This document shows positions 1 through 16,279 of a stretch of 64,000 bases of DNA, in pieces. The first letter of the stretch is position 1; every line of letters starts with the position of its first letter. The notes below the pieces were generated by a model. The model was not told the origin of the DNA. It was given only the letters and a program-made list of their open reading frames with translations, and made no database searches. A program made the position numbers and the translations under genes. This DNA is from Octopus vulgaris (lineage: Eukaryota). The stretch covers positions 26,598,001 to 26,662,000 of the forward strand of contig OX597841.1 of NCBI GenBank assembly GCA_951406725.2, written 5' to 3'.

Positions 1-9
1 ATATATACA

Positions 10-1361
10 TAAGTGTAGGCCAGTAGAGTGTGATTTGACGGTGATTAGGCTGCTATTTCTAACAGGCCCATCTACCACCTAGAGGTCTCCCTCATAGGCT
101 CATACATACATATATACATACAAAAGACCGTGGGATGTAATTTGAGAGAGATTAGACTGTTATTTCTAACAGGCCTCTCTACCACCTAGAGGTCTCCTTC
201 ATAGGCTCATACATACACATTTCATACATAGGGCAATAGGGCAGAATTTGAGGGAGAATAGGCGGCTATTTCTATGAGACTTATCTATCATGTCGTGGTC
301 TCCCTTATTAGCTCAGACGTACATATATACATACACAAGACAGTAGGGTGTGATTTGAGGGAGATTTAACTACTGTTTCTAACAGACCTATCTACCACAT
401 AGAGCTGTCCCTCATTGGCTCATACATGCAATTATACGTACATAAGATTCTAGGGGGTGATTTGAGGGAGATTTAGCTGCTATTTCTATCAGATCTAATC
501 ACCATACAGAAGTCTCCCTAATTGACTCATACGTACATATATACCTACATAAGACAGTAGGATGCGATTTGAGGGAGATTTGGCTACTATTTCTAACAAA
601 CCTATCTACCACAGATGTCCTCTTCCTTGGCTCATACATACATATGTACGTACATAAGACAGTACGGTATAAATTGAGGGAGATTTATTTGCTATTTCTA
701 CCAAGTCTAGATACCATGTAGAGGTCTCCCTCATTGGCTCATACATACATATATACATACATAAGACAGTAGGATGCGATTTGAGGTAGATTTGGCTGCT
801 ATTTCTAACAAACCTATCTACCACAGATGTCCTCTTCCTTGGTTCATACATACATATGTATGTACATAAGACAGTACGGTATTAATTGAGGGAGATTTAG
901 CTGCTGTTTCTACCAATTCTAGCTACCATGTAGAGGCCTCCCTCATTGGCTCATACATACATATATACATAAATAAGATAGTAGGATGCGATTTGAGGTA
1001 GATTTGGCTGCTATTTCTAACAAACCTATCTACCACAGATGTCCTCTTCCTTGGCTCATACATACATATGTATGTACATAAGACAGTACGGTATGAATTT
1101 AGGGAGATTTAGCTGCTGTTTCTACCAATTCTAGCTACCATGTAGAGGCCTCCCTCATTGGCTCATACATACATATATACATAAATAAGATAGTAGGATG
1201 CGATTTGAGGGAGATTTGGCTTCTATTTCTAACAAACCTATCTACCACAGATGTCCTCTGCCTTGGTTCATACATACATATGTACGTACATAAAACAGTA
1301 CGGTATGAATTTAGGGAGATTTAGCTGTTATTACTACCATCCCTAGCTACCATGTAGAGGT
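10..1361. repeat. Tandem satellite, ~105-107 bp monomers (~13 copies), with a 212-bp dimeric higher-order repeat from 551 onward
   Basis: The AAGACAGTA-like anchor recurs at 337, 444, 551, 656, 763, 868, 975, 1080, 1187 and 1292 (spacings 107, 107, then alternating 105/107). Each unit contains a variant of GATTTGAGGGAGATTTRGCTGCTATTTCTA. The array may extend beyond the window start. Confidence 0.95.
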
Positions 1362-1746
1362 CATTTTCATTGTCTGTTCCTAAAGAAAGTGTATATAACT
1401 CCTGTCTCTCCGTATTATGTACCATTGCCTAGGTTTTCTTCGCTTTATTTTAATTATATATATATTTTTTTTAGGGAAAGGCGTCTGGAGGAACAAAAAA
1501 AAAAAGATTAGAAAATACACAGCATATAAACAAATATCTAAATATTTAGCAAATATACTATATTCATGTGTGTTTGTGTTTGTTTGTGTGTGTGTGTGTG
1601 TGTGTAGGAATGAATGGAGCATATCTGGGACCAAATGGAATTTTCTGGCACAATCTGCAACCAGTTCGGGAAGCTCTCCAACTGAAGGTCAAGCGAGGTC
1701 GCTGGCGATAGACATAGATAGATATGGAGAAAGATAGATAGAGATC

Positions 1747-1800
<54 letters not shown>

Positions 1801-2123
1801 TGGGGGGGGGAAGAAAGGGAGAGAGGGAAATCGAGAAATGAATAGACCGACGAAGACACACACACACACACATACACATACGTGCACATGGGGAAAGAGA
1901 GGGAGAGAGAACCGGATTTTCAAGACCTATAAAGAATTGTTGAATGTACGTACACTCTCCAAGGTGTACACATGCGCATTTTCACAGACATATGCAATGG
2001 CTGAAGGTATATACTGAGACGAAATGTGTGTACAGAGTTGCAGACACAAGCACACGTGTGTATGAATATACGCATATATGTGCATACATACGTATCTATC
2101 TATCAATATATATATATTGTGTG

Positions 2124-2155
<32 letters not shown>

Positions 2156-2515
2156 CATATGTGTGTGTATATATGTGTGTGTGTATATGTATATATATAT
2201 ATGTGTATGTATATATGTGTGTGTGTGTGTATATATGTATATACATTTATAAAACGCGTGGATAAACACAATTATGAATTATGTTTAAATCTAAGTATAT
2301 GTATATGTATGTATACGAATGTATAAATATATATATATATATGCATGTATGTATACATACATGCATATATACATACATAAATGTATATGTGTATGAATAT
2401 TTTGTATATAAGCTCAAAGGAACTGAAAGATTTATACATTTATAGTTCTTTGCTTATATATGTATACCGGCATGGACCACTTAGCAAACACATGGACACA
2501 CGCACACACATACCG

Positions 2516-2570
<55 letters not shown>

Positions 2571-2771
2571 CACATATCGTCTCACACTCACACACAGAAA
2601 CAGAGACACTTTTATGCCGCAAAACAAAAGAACTAAAGAATCTCTCAGCCTAGAACGGTTCCCCAACCCCAACCCTCAGGGCATAGACTTGCCCCCCCAA
2701 ATGTATTGAAATGCAAAAGGTCTCCGCTAAAAAGCTATATTTACGTCGTGTATTCATGTAATAAAAAAAAA

Positions 2772-2825
<54 letters not shown>

Positions 2826-2869
2826 CCTTCGATAGGGACAATCTTTTTGGTGGGGTGAGAGAGTAGAAT

Positions 2870-3960
2870 AGTCGATTATATCGACCCCAGTTCGTAACTG
2901 ATACTTACTCTATCGACTCCCTGAAGGATGAAAGGCAAAGTCGACCTCGGCGGAATCTGAACTCGGAACGTAAAGACAGATGAAATACCTATTTCTTTAT
3001 TACCCACAAGGAGCTAAACACAGAGAGGATAAACAAGGACAGACAAACGGATTAACTCGATTACATCGACCCCATTGCGTAACTGGTACTTAATTTATCG
3101 ACCCCGAAAGGATGAAAAGCAAAGTCGGTCTCGGCGAAATTTGAACTCAGAACGTAGCGGCAGACGAAATACCTATTTCTTTACTACCCATAAGGGGCTA
3201 AACACAGAGGGGACAAACAAGGACAGACATAGGTATTAAGTCGATTACATCGACCCCAGTGCGTAACTGGTACTTAATTTATCGACCCCGAAAGGATGAA
3301 AGGCAAAGTCGACCTCGGTGGAATTTGAACTCAGAACGTAGCGGCAGACGAAAAACCGCTAAGCATTTCGCCCGGCGTGCTAATGTTTCTGTCCTCTCTG
3401 TTTTTAGCCCCTTGTGGGTAGTAAAGAAATAGGTATTTCATCTGCCATTACGTTCAGAGTTTAAAAATCCGCCGAGGTCGACTTTGCCTTTCATCCTTTC
3501 TGAGTCGATTAAGTAAGCACCAGTTACGCACTGGGGTCGATCTAATCGACTTAATCCGTTTTGTCTGTCCTTGTTTGTCTCCTCGATGATTTAACCCCTT
3601 GTAGGCAATAAAGAAATAAGAATCGTTAGCACGTCGGGCGAAATGCTTAGCAGTATTTCGGCTGTCTTTACGTTCTGAGTTCAAATTTCGCCGAGGTCGA
3701 CTTTGCCTTTCATCCTTTCGGGGTCGATAAATTAAGTACCAGTTAAGCACTGGGGTCGATATAATCGACTTAATACCTATGTCTGTCCATGTTTGTCCCC
3801 TCTATGTTTAGCCCCTCGTGGGTAATAAAGAAATGGGTATTTCGTCTTCCTTTACGTTCTGGGTTTAAATTCTGTCGAGGTCGACTTTGCCTTTCATCCT
3901 CTCGGGGTCGATAATTAAGGACCCGCTGCGTACTGGGACCAATCTAATCGACTGACCCCA
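2870..3960. mobile_element. Cluster of SINE family A copies: ~3 tandem minus-strand units followed by ~3 plus-strand units
   Basis: Repeated GCCGAGGTCGACTTTGCCTTTCATCCTTTCGGGGTCGAT core and TTTAGCCCCTTGTGGGTAATAAAGAAAT tail; orientation flips at ~3391. Confidence 0.9.
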
Positions 3961-4063
3961 CCCTCCTTCAAACTTTCGGGCCTTTGTGCTTAGAGTCGAA
4001 AAGAATTTCTGGTTGAGTATACCTGGAGTGCACTCAGATTGATAGGAATAATGGTAGGAAGGT

Positions 4064-4138
<75 letters not shown>

Positions 4139-4174
4139 CACACTCACACACACATAAACACAAAACGTCTTTTA

Positions 4175-5440
<1,266 letters not shown>

Positions 5441-5449
5441 TATACATAC

Positions 5450-5510
<61 letters not shown>

Positions 5511-5536
5511 TGCATATATATATATATATACACATA

Positions 5537-5586
<50 letters not shown>

Positions 5587-6023
5587 AAACTCAGTCACAG
5601 ACATACAAGTATATACATATATATGCGTATATACACACACATTCATGCGAATGGGTGTCATTGTGTAGAGTCCTGGTCATTTAACGGCCCTTTATTTTCT
5701 CCTCTTTCCCTCCCAACTCCACCACACACACACATAGACGCGCGCGCGTTGGGAACCTACTTATTTGAAATGTCCAGGGTGTAAAAGAGTGCTAATGACT
5801 CTTCGGACCTTCCGATCAATTTATATCTTCTGCTTCCTTGCAATTTAGGCCCCCATGAACACACACATACACATACACTTACGCACATACACACGCTCAA
5901 CCCACGCACTCACTCGCATACGATCCTGCGCACGCGCGTGCACATACACGCGCGCGTATATGCAAACAAATGTGAAAGTGAAAGTAAGCCCATATGCTTA
6001 CATGTGTATACACACAGATACCA

Positions 6024-6084
<61 letters not shown>

Positions 6085-6224
6085 TGTATGCAGACATGTA
6101 TGTAATATTCACACAAATAAAACATATATACACTCACACAGATATATGAGATAATGGACTTAGAGAAAGAACTAGTAATTCACGCAAACGTATATCATAT
6201 ATATATACGTTGATATATACATAC

Positions 6225-6264
<40 letters not shown>

Positions 6265-6350
6265 GTATATATATATATATATATAGATATATATATATAT
6301 ATATAGATATATATATACGTAGTTACATACATATATTCAAACATACAAGC

Positions 6351-6396
<46 letters not shown>

Positions 6397-6732
6397 TGCA
6401 TACATACGTTATGTAAGTATATAAAAGTACATACATACATGCAGACATACAGATGTATATACCAAGTTGCATACAAGCGGCATACATATATGTATGTATT
6501 CATATATGCATGTATGTATGTTTGTACGCATGTGCGTATATACGTATTTGTGTATGTATATAAGTATATATTTATGTTCGTATGTGTGTATATATGCATA
6601 AATGTATGTATGTATGTATGTATGTATGTATGTATGTATCTATGTATGTATGTATGTTTGTATGTATGTAAGATTGAATGATTTACCGCTTTCGTCGTAC
6701 ACGAGTGTTTTGGCATTTAATATATATCCGTA

Positions 6733-7115
6733 GTGGAAGCACAATGCCCAGTGTTTAGGAAGGCGGACTAGCGGTCTTAGGATCGTGGTTTCGATTCTCA
6801 GACCGGGCGTTGTGAGCGTTTATTGAGCGAAAACACCTAAAGCTCCACGAGGCTCCGGCAGGGGATGGTGGCGAACCCTGCTGTAGTCTTCTACCACAAC
6901 TTTCTCTCACTCTTACTTCCTGTTTCTGTTGTACCTGTATTTCAAAGGTCCCAGCCTTGTCACACTCTGTGTCACGCTGAATCTTCCCGAGAACTACGTT
7001 AAGGGTACGCATGTCTGTGGAGTGCTCGGCCACTTGCACGTTAATTTCACGAGTAGGCTGTTCCGTTGATCAGATCAGCTGAAACCCTCGTCGTCGTAAC
7101 CGACGGAGTGCCGCG
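6733..7115 (+). mobile_element. SINE family C (tRNA-derived head), near full length
   Basis: A-box/B-box-like head (GGTTTCGATTC), body matching the copy at 12272, tail CGTAACCGACGGAGTGC; flanks ATATATCCGTA/ATATATCCCTA resemble a TSD. Confidence 0.88.
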
Positions 7116-7308
7116 ATATATCCCTACGTATGTACCTATGTATGCATGTATGTATGTGAATCCGAAACTACGTACCTATGTGACTATGTTTAAATGCCAA
7201 GCTACTCTTGTCGTACACGAGTACATAAGCTCACATATATACACGGATGGATTCATTGTTATTATACATTGTGGAATACATTTACACACCGTATCTACAC
7301 AAATTTAC

Positions 7309-7661
<353 letters not shown>

Positions 7662-8081
7662 TGTATTTTTATATATTGCTCTGTATAGATATTTATATAT
7701 CTATAAAATCGTTTAACAATTCATCTATCCATTTATATATACATAACTACATACAAATATATATATATATATATACGTACATTGATATACATATGTATAC
7801 ACACACACACATGTATATAAATATACCGTTACTGGCCGCGTAATGATGTGTGATTCAGAGCAAAATGGCAACGGATCTGCCTGGACCAGAATGGACAGGT
7901 TGCGAGAAAGGACGGACTGACTTTGAGAATAGATGTCTTGGACGGAATAAATAAGTAAATGAATGTTGGTGGAAGGCGTGGGTGGAGGGGCGAGTGTGGC
8001 GATTGGACGGAGCTTGGCGTTCGGGTCAGTGTTTGTGCTCGCTCCTTGCAATTTACTATTTTACATTTAAGCACCTATCAG

Positions 8082-8131
<50 letters not shown>

Positions 8132-8231
8132 TAGACACATATATGCACACAAGTATACACATATGATATACATATGTACACACACACACACATATATATA
8201 TATGTGTGTGTGTCTGTGTGTAAAATATACA

Positions 8232-8284
<53 letters not shown>

Positions 8285-8531
8285 TGCATATGTATAATAT
8301 TTATCACTGGAATCGTTTTATATAAATAAATGCGTATATATATATATATATATGTATGTATATGTATAAACATGAATGTATATATATATATATATGTATA
8401 TATATGAATATATATATATATGTATGTATGTATATATATATGTATATATGTTTATATATATGTACATGTATGTATGTATGTATGAGTATATATACATTTA
8501 TGTACATACATATGTGCAGATATACACGTAT

Positions 8532-8593
<62 letters not shown>

Positions 8594-8626
8594 TAACACA
8601 GTCACACAGTCACACAGTTGCCCATA

Positions 8627-8903
8627 GATGATGACGATGGTGATGATGATGGTTTTTGTGATGATGATGACGGCGATCGTGATGACGGTCGTGAGGAAAA
8701 TGAGGATAATAAGGAGCATGATGACGTTGACGACGATAATGATAGTCTTCATGATGATGATGCTGTTGGTAATGATTACGATGGCCCCTGCTTAGCGTGA
8801 TGATAATAAGCATTGCAATGATGATGATGATGATGATGACGACGGTTTTATTAATGACAACGATGACAGCCGCGTACACAATCATAATGTTGGTGACGAT
8901 GAC

Positions 8904-8944
<41 letters not shown>

Positions 8945-9109
8945 CTATGGTGTTAGCGGTCAATAATGATGACACCGCTGCTGCTGCTGCTGCTGCTGTT
9001 GATGATGATGACGATGACGATGACAATGGTAATGATGATGATGATGATGGCGGTGTTGATGGTGATGTTAATGGTCATCGCTGCTGCTGTTGCTGGTGGT
9101 GGTGGTGAA

Positions 9110-9160
<51 letters not shown>

Positions 9161-9395
9161 AGTGATGATGTTAATGATGATGATGATGATGATGATGTAA
9201 ATGATGATGATGTTGATGATGATGATGATGATGATGTTAATGATGATGATGATGATGATATTGATGTAAATGATGATGATGATGTTGATGATGATGATGG
9301 TGATGATGTTAATGATGATGATGATGATGATTTTGATGTAAATGATGATGATGTTGATGATGATGATGATGATGATGATGATAGTGATGATGTTA

Positions 9396-9449
<54 letters not shown>

Positions 9450-9874
9450 ATGCTGATGACGGTGCTGCTGCTACTACTGATGATGATAATGATGGTGATG
9501 ATGATGATGATGATGATGATGATTATGCTGAGACGATAAACATGATGTTGATAATATTGATGATGATGATGACGAAATTGGCTATTGTTGATGCTGATGA
9601 TGATACTGATGGTGAAAATAATGATGATGATGATGTGATGATGATGTCGGTGGGGTGGGCCTGGGGGTGGTGTTGCTGCTGGACACTACAGCCTAGTATT
9701 GTATACTTCTTCGACCCAAGTGGACGTCAATTTACCATTTTTGTTTTTCTTTTGTTTTTTTTTTGTAATTTATTATTAGTATTATTATTATTATTAGTAG
9801 TAGTATTATTATTATTATTATTGTTATTATTATTATCATTATTATTATTATTATTATTATTGTTATTATTATTA

Positions 9875-9960
<86 letters not shown>

Positions 9961-9998
9961 CATTATTATTATTATAATTAATATTATTATTATTATTA

Positions 9999-10048
<50 letters not shown>

Positions 10049-10072
10049 TATTATTATCATTATTATTATTAC

Positions 10073-10139
<67 letters not shown>

Positions 10140-10140
10140 T
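8627..10140. repeat. (GAT)n then (ATT)n trinucleotide microsatellite field
   Basis: Read directly; produces the spurious poly-D/M/L/I/Y ORF 8966-10228. Confidence 0.95.
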
Positions 10141-10581
10141 GTGTATGTGTGTGCCTTGGTTTTTGTTCTTTTCACTTTCGTTGTCGTTCAGTTGCGAACG
10201 AAACGAACCAAAAATCGTTCCCGAATGATCTCCCACTCCGTTCGTTCCCAAACCCGCAACCTCCCCCACGGACCATCCCTTGCTCCACCCCAACCCTCAC
10301 TCTGCCAACCACACCGGCCCTCCGATCTCATCCACTTCACTCCCAACTTTCACCCGTATTCATTTTTACATATATTTTGTTTTATATATATATATATATT
10401 TTTTCTTTTTAGATTTTTATTGTTATTTTTACCCTTTTCATAAAACCATTGAGTCTCTTTCGCTGGGGTGGTCTTTAATAGATTCGCCAGAGAACGATAA
10501 ATGATACGACGACAGCCTCTACTACTACTACTACTACTACTTCTACTACTACTACTGCTGCAGCTGCTGCTGCTGCTGCTG

Positions 10582-10642
<61 letters not shown>

Positions 10643-11005
10643 AACAACATGTGTAATTGTTTGAACGTTTGATCACGCCAGCAGGCAAAGCCAGAATCAC
10701 CGATCGTGTTTCGAACTCGCTTCCTTTTAGTTTCCGTTCTGATCTGCAGTATTCAGAGTGGATCCACCTCCCTAGGTTTTTTCCAGATGCATATCTGTGC
10801 AGAAGGGTTACTTGCCTCTCGTTTAAAAAAATGGCCGCTGTTGGAGATGAGTGTGGTCTCCGGCATAGAGAAGGGTAGAATTGCATGAAGGGTGCAATCA
10901 TCATACTTCCTAGCAAATAGATAAATAAATAAGTAGATACATAGATAGATAGAGAGACAGATAAAGACACACACACAATGGATAGATTCATAAATAGACA
11001 CACAC

Positions 11006-11064
<59 letters not shown>

Positions 11065-11245
11065 CATATAGATCGATAAATATATATATATGTTTATATT
11101 ATATATATATATATAGAGAGAGAGAGAGGTTGATAGATAGACAGATAGATAGATTGATATGCATATAGATAGACAGATATATAAATAGATAGATATATGG
11201 ATAGATATAGATAGATTTAGATAGATAGACAGATACATAGTTGAA

Positions 11246-11278
<33 letters not shown>

Positions 11279-11436
11279 TAGATAGATAGATGATAGATAG
11301 ATAGAAAGATATATATATCTATAGAGATTGATTGAGAGAGGGAGAGACAGAGTCAGACAGGTAGACAGAAAAAAAACCGATATATAAATATAGATAGATA
11401 GATAGATAGATAGATAAATATACAGACGGACACATA

Positions 11437-11650
11437 GTGGAGGCGCAATGGCCTAGTGGTTAGGGCAGCGGACTTGCGGTCGGAGGATCGCGGTTTCGAT
11501 TCCCAGACCGGGCGTTGTGTGTGTTTATTGAGCGAAAACACCTAAAAGCTCCACGAGGCTCCGGCAGGATGTGGTGATGAGTGTGGTCTACCTGCTGTAC
11601 TCAAAAGGCGGTGCTCCAGCATGGCCGCAGTCAAATGACTGAAACAAGTA
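11437..11650 (+). mobile_element. SINE C 5' half joined to a SINE B 3' tail
   Basis: GTGGAGGCGCAATGGCCTAGTGGTTAGGGCAGCGGAC head, then GGCGGTGCTCCAGCATGGCCGCAGTCAAATGACTGAAAC. Confidence 0.8.
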
Positions 11651-12271
11651 CAAAAAAAAAAAAAAATAGTTAACTGGATAAACTGCGACATAGATAGCTA
11701 GCTAGTTAGCTAGACTGACAGACAAACGGACGGATAGATAATATACAGTCGTTGGACGAAAGTTCGGAACATTAATCTGAAAATTAGAATTTTTATATTT
11801 AGTGCCCAAATTACATACGTTGTATATATCTGAATCGAACCATGCTTGTGCGTAACAATTATATATATTTTTTTTAAATGCTCCAAATTTTTGGCCATAG
11901 CTGTAAGCGTGGCCGTGTTGTTAAGAAGCTTGTTTTCTAACAATGTGCTCTTCGGTTCAATTCCACTGCGTGGCATCGTGGGACTGAACTATCTCTTTTA
12001 CTATTGCTCAACACTGACCACAGCCTTGTTGGTAGATTTGGTAGACTGCCGTGTGCATGTGTGCGCACGTTTGTGCGGGTATACACACACACACACACAA
12101 TACCTTTTGAGCAGCATGGGTTACTCAACCAGAAGAAAATTCTAACTGGACCCCAATATGAGATCACCATGTCGCGCACATAAGGTTGTGATGCATGTAC
12201 CTGATGTACCCTTATCAGACGGGTAGTCATGATGGTTATACTGGGCTTCTTATATTTGTACCCCAGTGTCA

Positions 12272-12663
12272 AGTGGAGGCGCAATCGCCCAGTGGTCAGG
12301 GCAGCGGACTCGCGGTCATAGGATCGCGGTTTCGATTCCCTGACCGGGCGTTGTGAGTGTTTATTGAGCGAAAACACCTAAAAGCTCCACGAGGCTCCGG
12401 CAGGGGATGGTGGTGATCCCTGCTGTACTCTTTCACCACAACTTTCTCTCACTCTTACTTCCTGTTTCTGTTGTACCTGTATTTCAAAGGGCCGGCCTTG
12501 TCACTCTCTGTGTCACGCTGAATATCCCCGAGAACTTCGTTAAGGGTGCACGTGTCTGTGGAGTGCTCAGCCACTTACACGTTAATTTCACGAGCAGGCT
12601 GTTCCGTTGATTCGGATCAACCGGAACCCTCGTCGTCGTAACCGACGGAGTGCTTCCAATAAA
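12272..12663 (+). mobile_element. Full-length SINE C with 12-bp TSD
   Basis: tRNA-like head with A/B boxes; ACCCCAGTGTCA duplicated at 12260-12271 and 12664-12675. Confidence 0.93.
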
Positions 12664-12704
12664 ACCCCAGTGTCACTTTGATGGCATGCACTGCTCTCTC
12701 ACTC

Positions 12705-12750
<46 letters not shown>

Positions 12751-12944
12751 GTTTATAATTTTGGCCCAAGGCCAGCAATTTCAGGGAAAGTGTTCGACTG
12801 GTTCTTGTTTTATCGATCCCGAAATGATGAAAGGCAAAGTCGACGTCAACGGAATTTGAAGTCAGAATGTGAAGACGGACGAAACGCCGCTTGGCATTTC
12901 CTCCGGTGTGTTCACGTTTCTCCCAGCTTGCCAACTTCATCTTT

Positions 12945-13710
12945 ATTTGTTTCAGTCATTTGACTGTGGCCATGCTGTAGCACCGCCTTTAGTCGACTTC
13001 CAGGGCTTATTCTTCGCAAGCCTGGTACTTGTTGTATCGATGCCGTTTGCCGAACCGCCAGGTTACGCGGATGCAAACACACCAACATCGGTTGTCAAGC
13101 GATGGTAGGGAGACAAACACGGACACAAAGACACACAGACACATCCTCTTTACTCTTCTCTTCTACCCGTTTCAGTCATCCGACCGCGGCCATGCTGGAG
13201 CACCGCCTCCAGTCGAGCAACTCGACCCCGGGACTCATTCTTTTTGTAAGCCCAGTACTTATTCTATCGGTCTCTTTTTGCCGAACCGCTAAGTAACGGG
13301 GACGTAAACACACCAGCATCGGTTGTCAAGCAATGCTAGGGGAACAAACACAGACACACAAACACACACACACATACATACATATATATATATACACATA
13401 TATACGACGGGCTTCTTTCAGTTTCCGTCTACCAAATCCACTCACAAGGTTTCAGTCACCCCGGGGCTATAGCAGAAGACACTTGCCCAAGATGTCACGC
13501 AGTGGGACTGAACCCGGAACCATGTAGTTGGTTAGCAAGCTACTTACTACACAGCCACTCCTGCGCCTATATATATATATATATATTAGACAGGATTCTT
13601 TCAGTTTCCGTCTACCAGATCCACTCACAAGACTTTGGTCAGCCCGAGGCTATAATAGAAGACACTTGTCCACGGACTCATGTGGTTGGGAAGCAAGCTT
13701 CTTACCACAA
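12945..13710 (-). mobile_element. Several SINE B copies and fragments (one near full length, ~13150-13568)
   Basis: GTTTCAGTCATTTGACTG...CATGCTGGAGCACCGCC tail and CTACTTACCACACAGCCACTCCTGCGCC-like head, both as reverse complements. Confidence 0.88.
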
Positions 13711-13724
13711 ATCAACCCTGCGTT

Positions 13725-13783
<59 letters not shown>

Positions 13784-13784
13784 C

Positions 13785-13995
13785 TTTAAAACTAAACTGG
13801 ATCTCTTCTTGTCGCTGGTCCCAGATGAACCTACCTCTCGGAAGGAAACACGGATGCGGGCAGTGGCGTCGAACTCCCTTGTTGATCAAGTGCCACGTAT
13901 CAGAGGTGGTTTCACATACTAGTGTAGCACATTCAACGGTGGTGCGTGCTTCAGCATGGCCGCAGCCTTCGGGCTGAAACATTTTAAAGGATTTA
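13785..13995 (+). mobile_element. 5'-truncated CR1/L2-group LINE 3' end (ORF2 C-terminus plus 3' UTR)
   Basis: Translates FKTKLDLFLSLVPDEPTSRKETRMRAVASNSLVDQ, resembling the FK..LD.FL..VPDEP...SNSL LINE C-terminal pattern; 3' UTR CAGCATGGCCGCAGCCTTCGGGCTGAAAC. Confidence 0.75.
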
Positions 13996-14106
13996 ATAAT
14001 AATATTAATAAGATGCCACGCAGTGGGACTGAACCCGGAACCATGTGGTTCGTAAGCAAGCTACTTACCACACAGCCACTCCTGCGCCTATTTATAAATA
14101 TATATA

Positions 14107-14176
<70 letters not shown>

Positions 14177-14348
14177 TATATATATATATATATATAAACT
14201 CACTCGCACATAGATATGAGCACCAACAGATACTCCGATACCCGGATCCCTTAACAGCACAATCGCACGGACCACTAACAATTTGCGTCCTTCGAAACTC
14301 TTCACCGACCACCGCCATCTTGTGACATTTACCTGGACAATGTCCAGA

Positions 14349-14409
<61 letters not shown>

Positions 14410-14759
14410 GCGCTCGCGTAGAGATCAAGTGAAAGAGAATTGTCCAGACCGCCTGTTCATTGACTAGTCATGTCCATTTGACCGTATGTTTGCTAGCAAT
14501 CGCCTCACGCGCAACTGCTCTCGCATTCTTACTCATATAGTGCAGACGCGCGTGTATATATATATATATGCATGCACGTATGTATATATGTAAGCTGCGT
14601 ATATACATATGTATGTGTATATATATATATGTATATGTCTTTGTGTGTATATATATATATATATGTATATGTTTGTATATATATATGTATGTGTTTGTAT
14701 ATATATATATATGTGTTTGTATATATATATGTATGTGTTTGTATATATATATGTGTGTT

Positions 14760-14806
<47 letters not shown>

Positions 14807-15365
14807 TTGTATATATATATATATGTATGTGTTTGTATATATATATATATGTATGTGTTTGTATATATATATATATGTATATGTTTGTATATATATATAT
14901 ATGTATGTGTTTGTATATATATATATATGTATATGTTTGTATATATATATATATGTATGTTTGTATATATATGTGTGTGTATATGTTTGTATATATATAT
15001 GTGTGTATATGTTTGTATATATATATATGTGTGTGTGTGTATATGTTTGTGTATATATATATATATGTGTGTGTGTGCATGTATGTATATATAGTTATAC
15101 AAACACATGGACACGTACGTGTGTAATTATACATGAGTGCATGTGTAATCAATACTCTGTGTGTGTAAGTGTGTGTGTGTGTGTATGCGTGTGTGTGTGT
15201 GTGTAAGTGTGTGCACCCATGCACGTATGCACGTGCGAACGCTTGCATGATCGTAATAGCATGCATTTCACACGATGGTGTGGAAAATGCTTCAAACGAG
15301 ACAAAAGAGACAACAACAACAACAACAGCAGCAGCAGCAACAACAACAACCGTAATAATGATTGC

Positions 15366-15412
<47 letters not shown>

Positions 15413-15846
15413 GGACAAAGGCCGCAACCAAAACCGGAAAAGAAAAGCGAAAAACCAAAAAAAAATCCGAAAATAAAACTAAAAAACACACGTATATATA
15501 ATGTATATATATATATATGTATGTATATATATGGGGGGTGGGGTGTAAAAGAAGAAAAGGAAAAATCTAAGATGCGCCCTCCCAACCCCGGTTGCAGTTC
15601 GAACCTGAAGCCATGACCATTAGAACTTAGGTCGGCTCCGCTGTTTGTTCTAACATTTATAATTACGCTTCATTAAATTTAGTCATTTATCATCACTGCC
15701 GAGGTTTATCATATCTTTGCGACTCGTCTTTAATACTCCGTATACACACACACATATATATATATATACATACACACATATATATATCCCTCTTTCTCAG
15801 TCAATCTATGTCTATCTATCTATCAGTCTGTCTGTCTATCTATCTA

Positions 15847-15877
<31 letters not shown>

Positions 15878-15923
15878 GTCTATCTGTCTATCATTCTGTC
15901 TGTCTGTCTGTCTGTCTGTCTGC

Positions 15924-16003
<80 letters not shown>

Positions 16004-16279
16004 TGTCCGTCTCTCTCTCTCTCTCTACATATATATATATGTAGCCGCCACTGACCATTCAAAATACGACCATCAGGGCACTCCCAGATTCTCCCACCCC
16101 CCTTTCCTCACCAGCCTTCCCTCTACTACCCTACCAAGAACTCACAACTACCTCGAACACACAAGTGCAAACAAGGGAGTCAGAGAAAGGCAGAATGCCA
16201 CTTAAATCTGAACACTACTATAGAAATATTCTTTTAAAAAAACTTTTCTTCTAATTTTTCTAAATTTAATTATTTAATC

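Noticed and set aside
1605-1712. Unique island that could be an exon or Tc1 fragment (MEHIWDQM...)
   Set aside because: Too short, no further motif support and no convincing splice-site pair.
8966-10228. 420-aa ORF with poly-Asp/Leu/Ile/Tyr
   Set aside because: Almost entirely (GAT)n and (ATT)n microsatellite; such repeats lack stops in some frames.
12272-12345. tRNA gene-like sequences (also ~6733, ~11437, ~26460)
   Set aside because: Three continue into the shared SINE C body and the 26460 piece is a truncated head; they are SINE heads, not standalone tRNAs.
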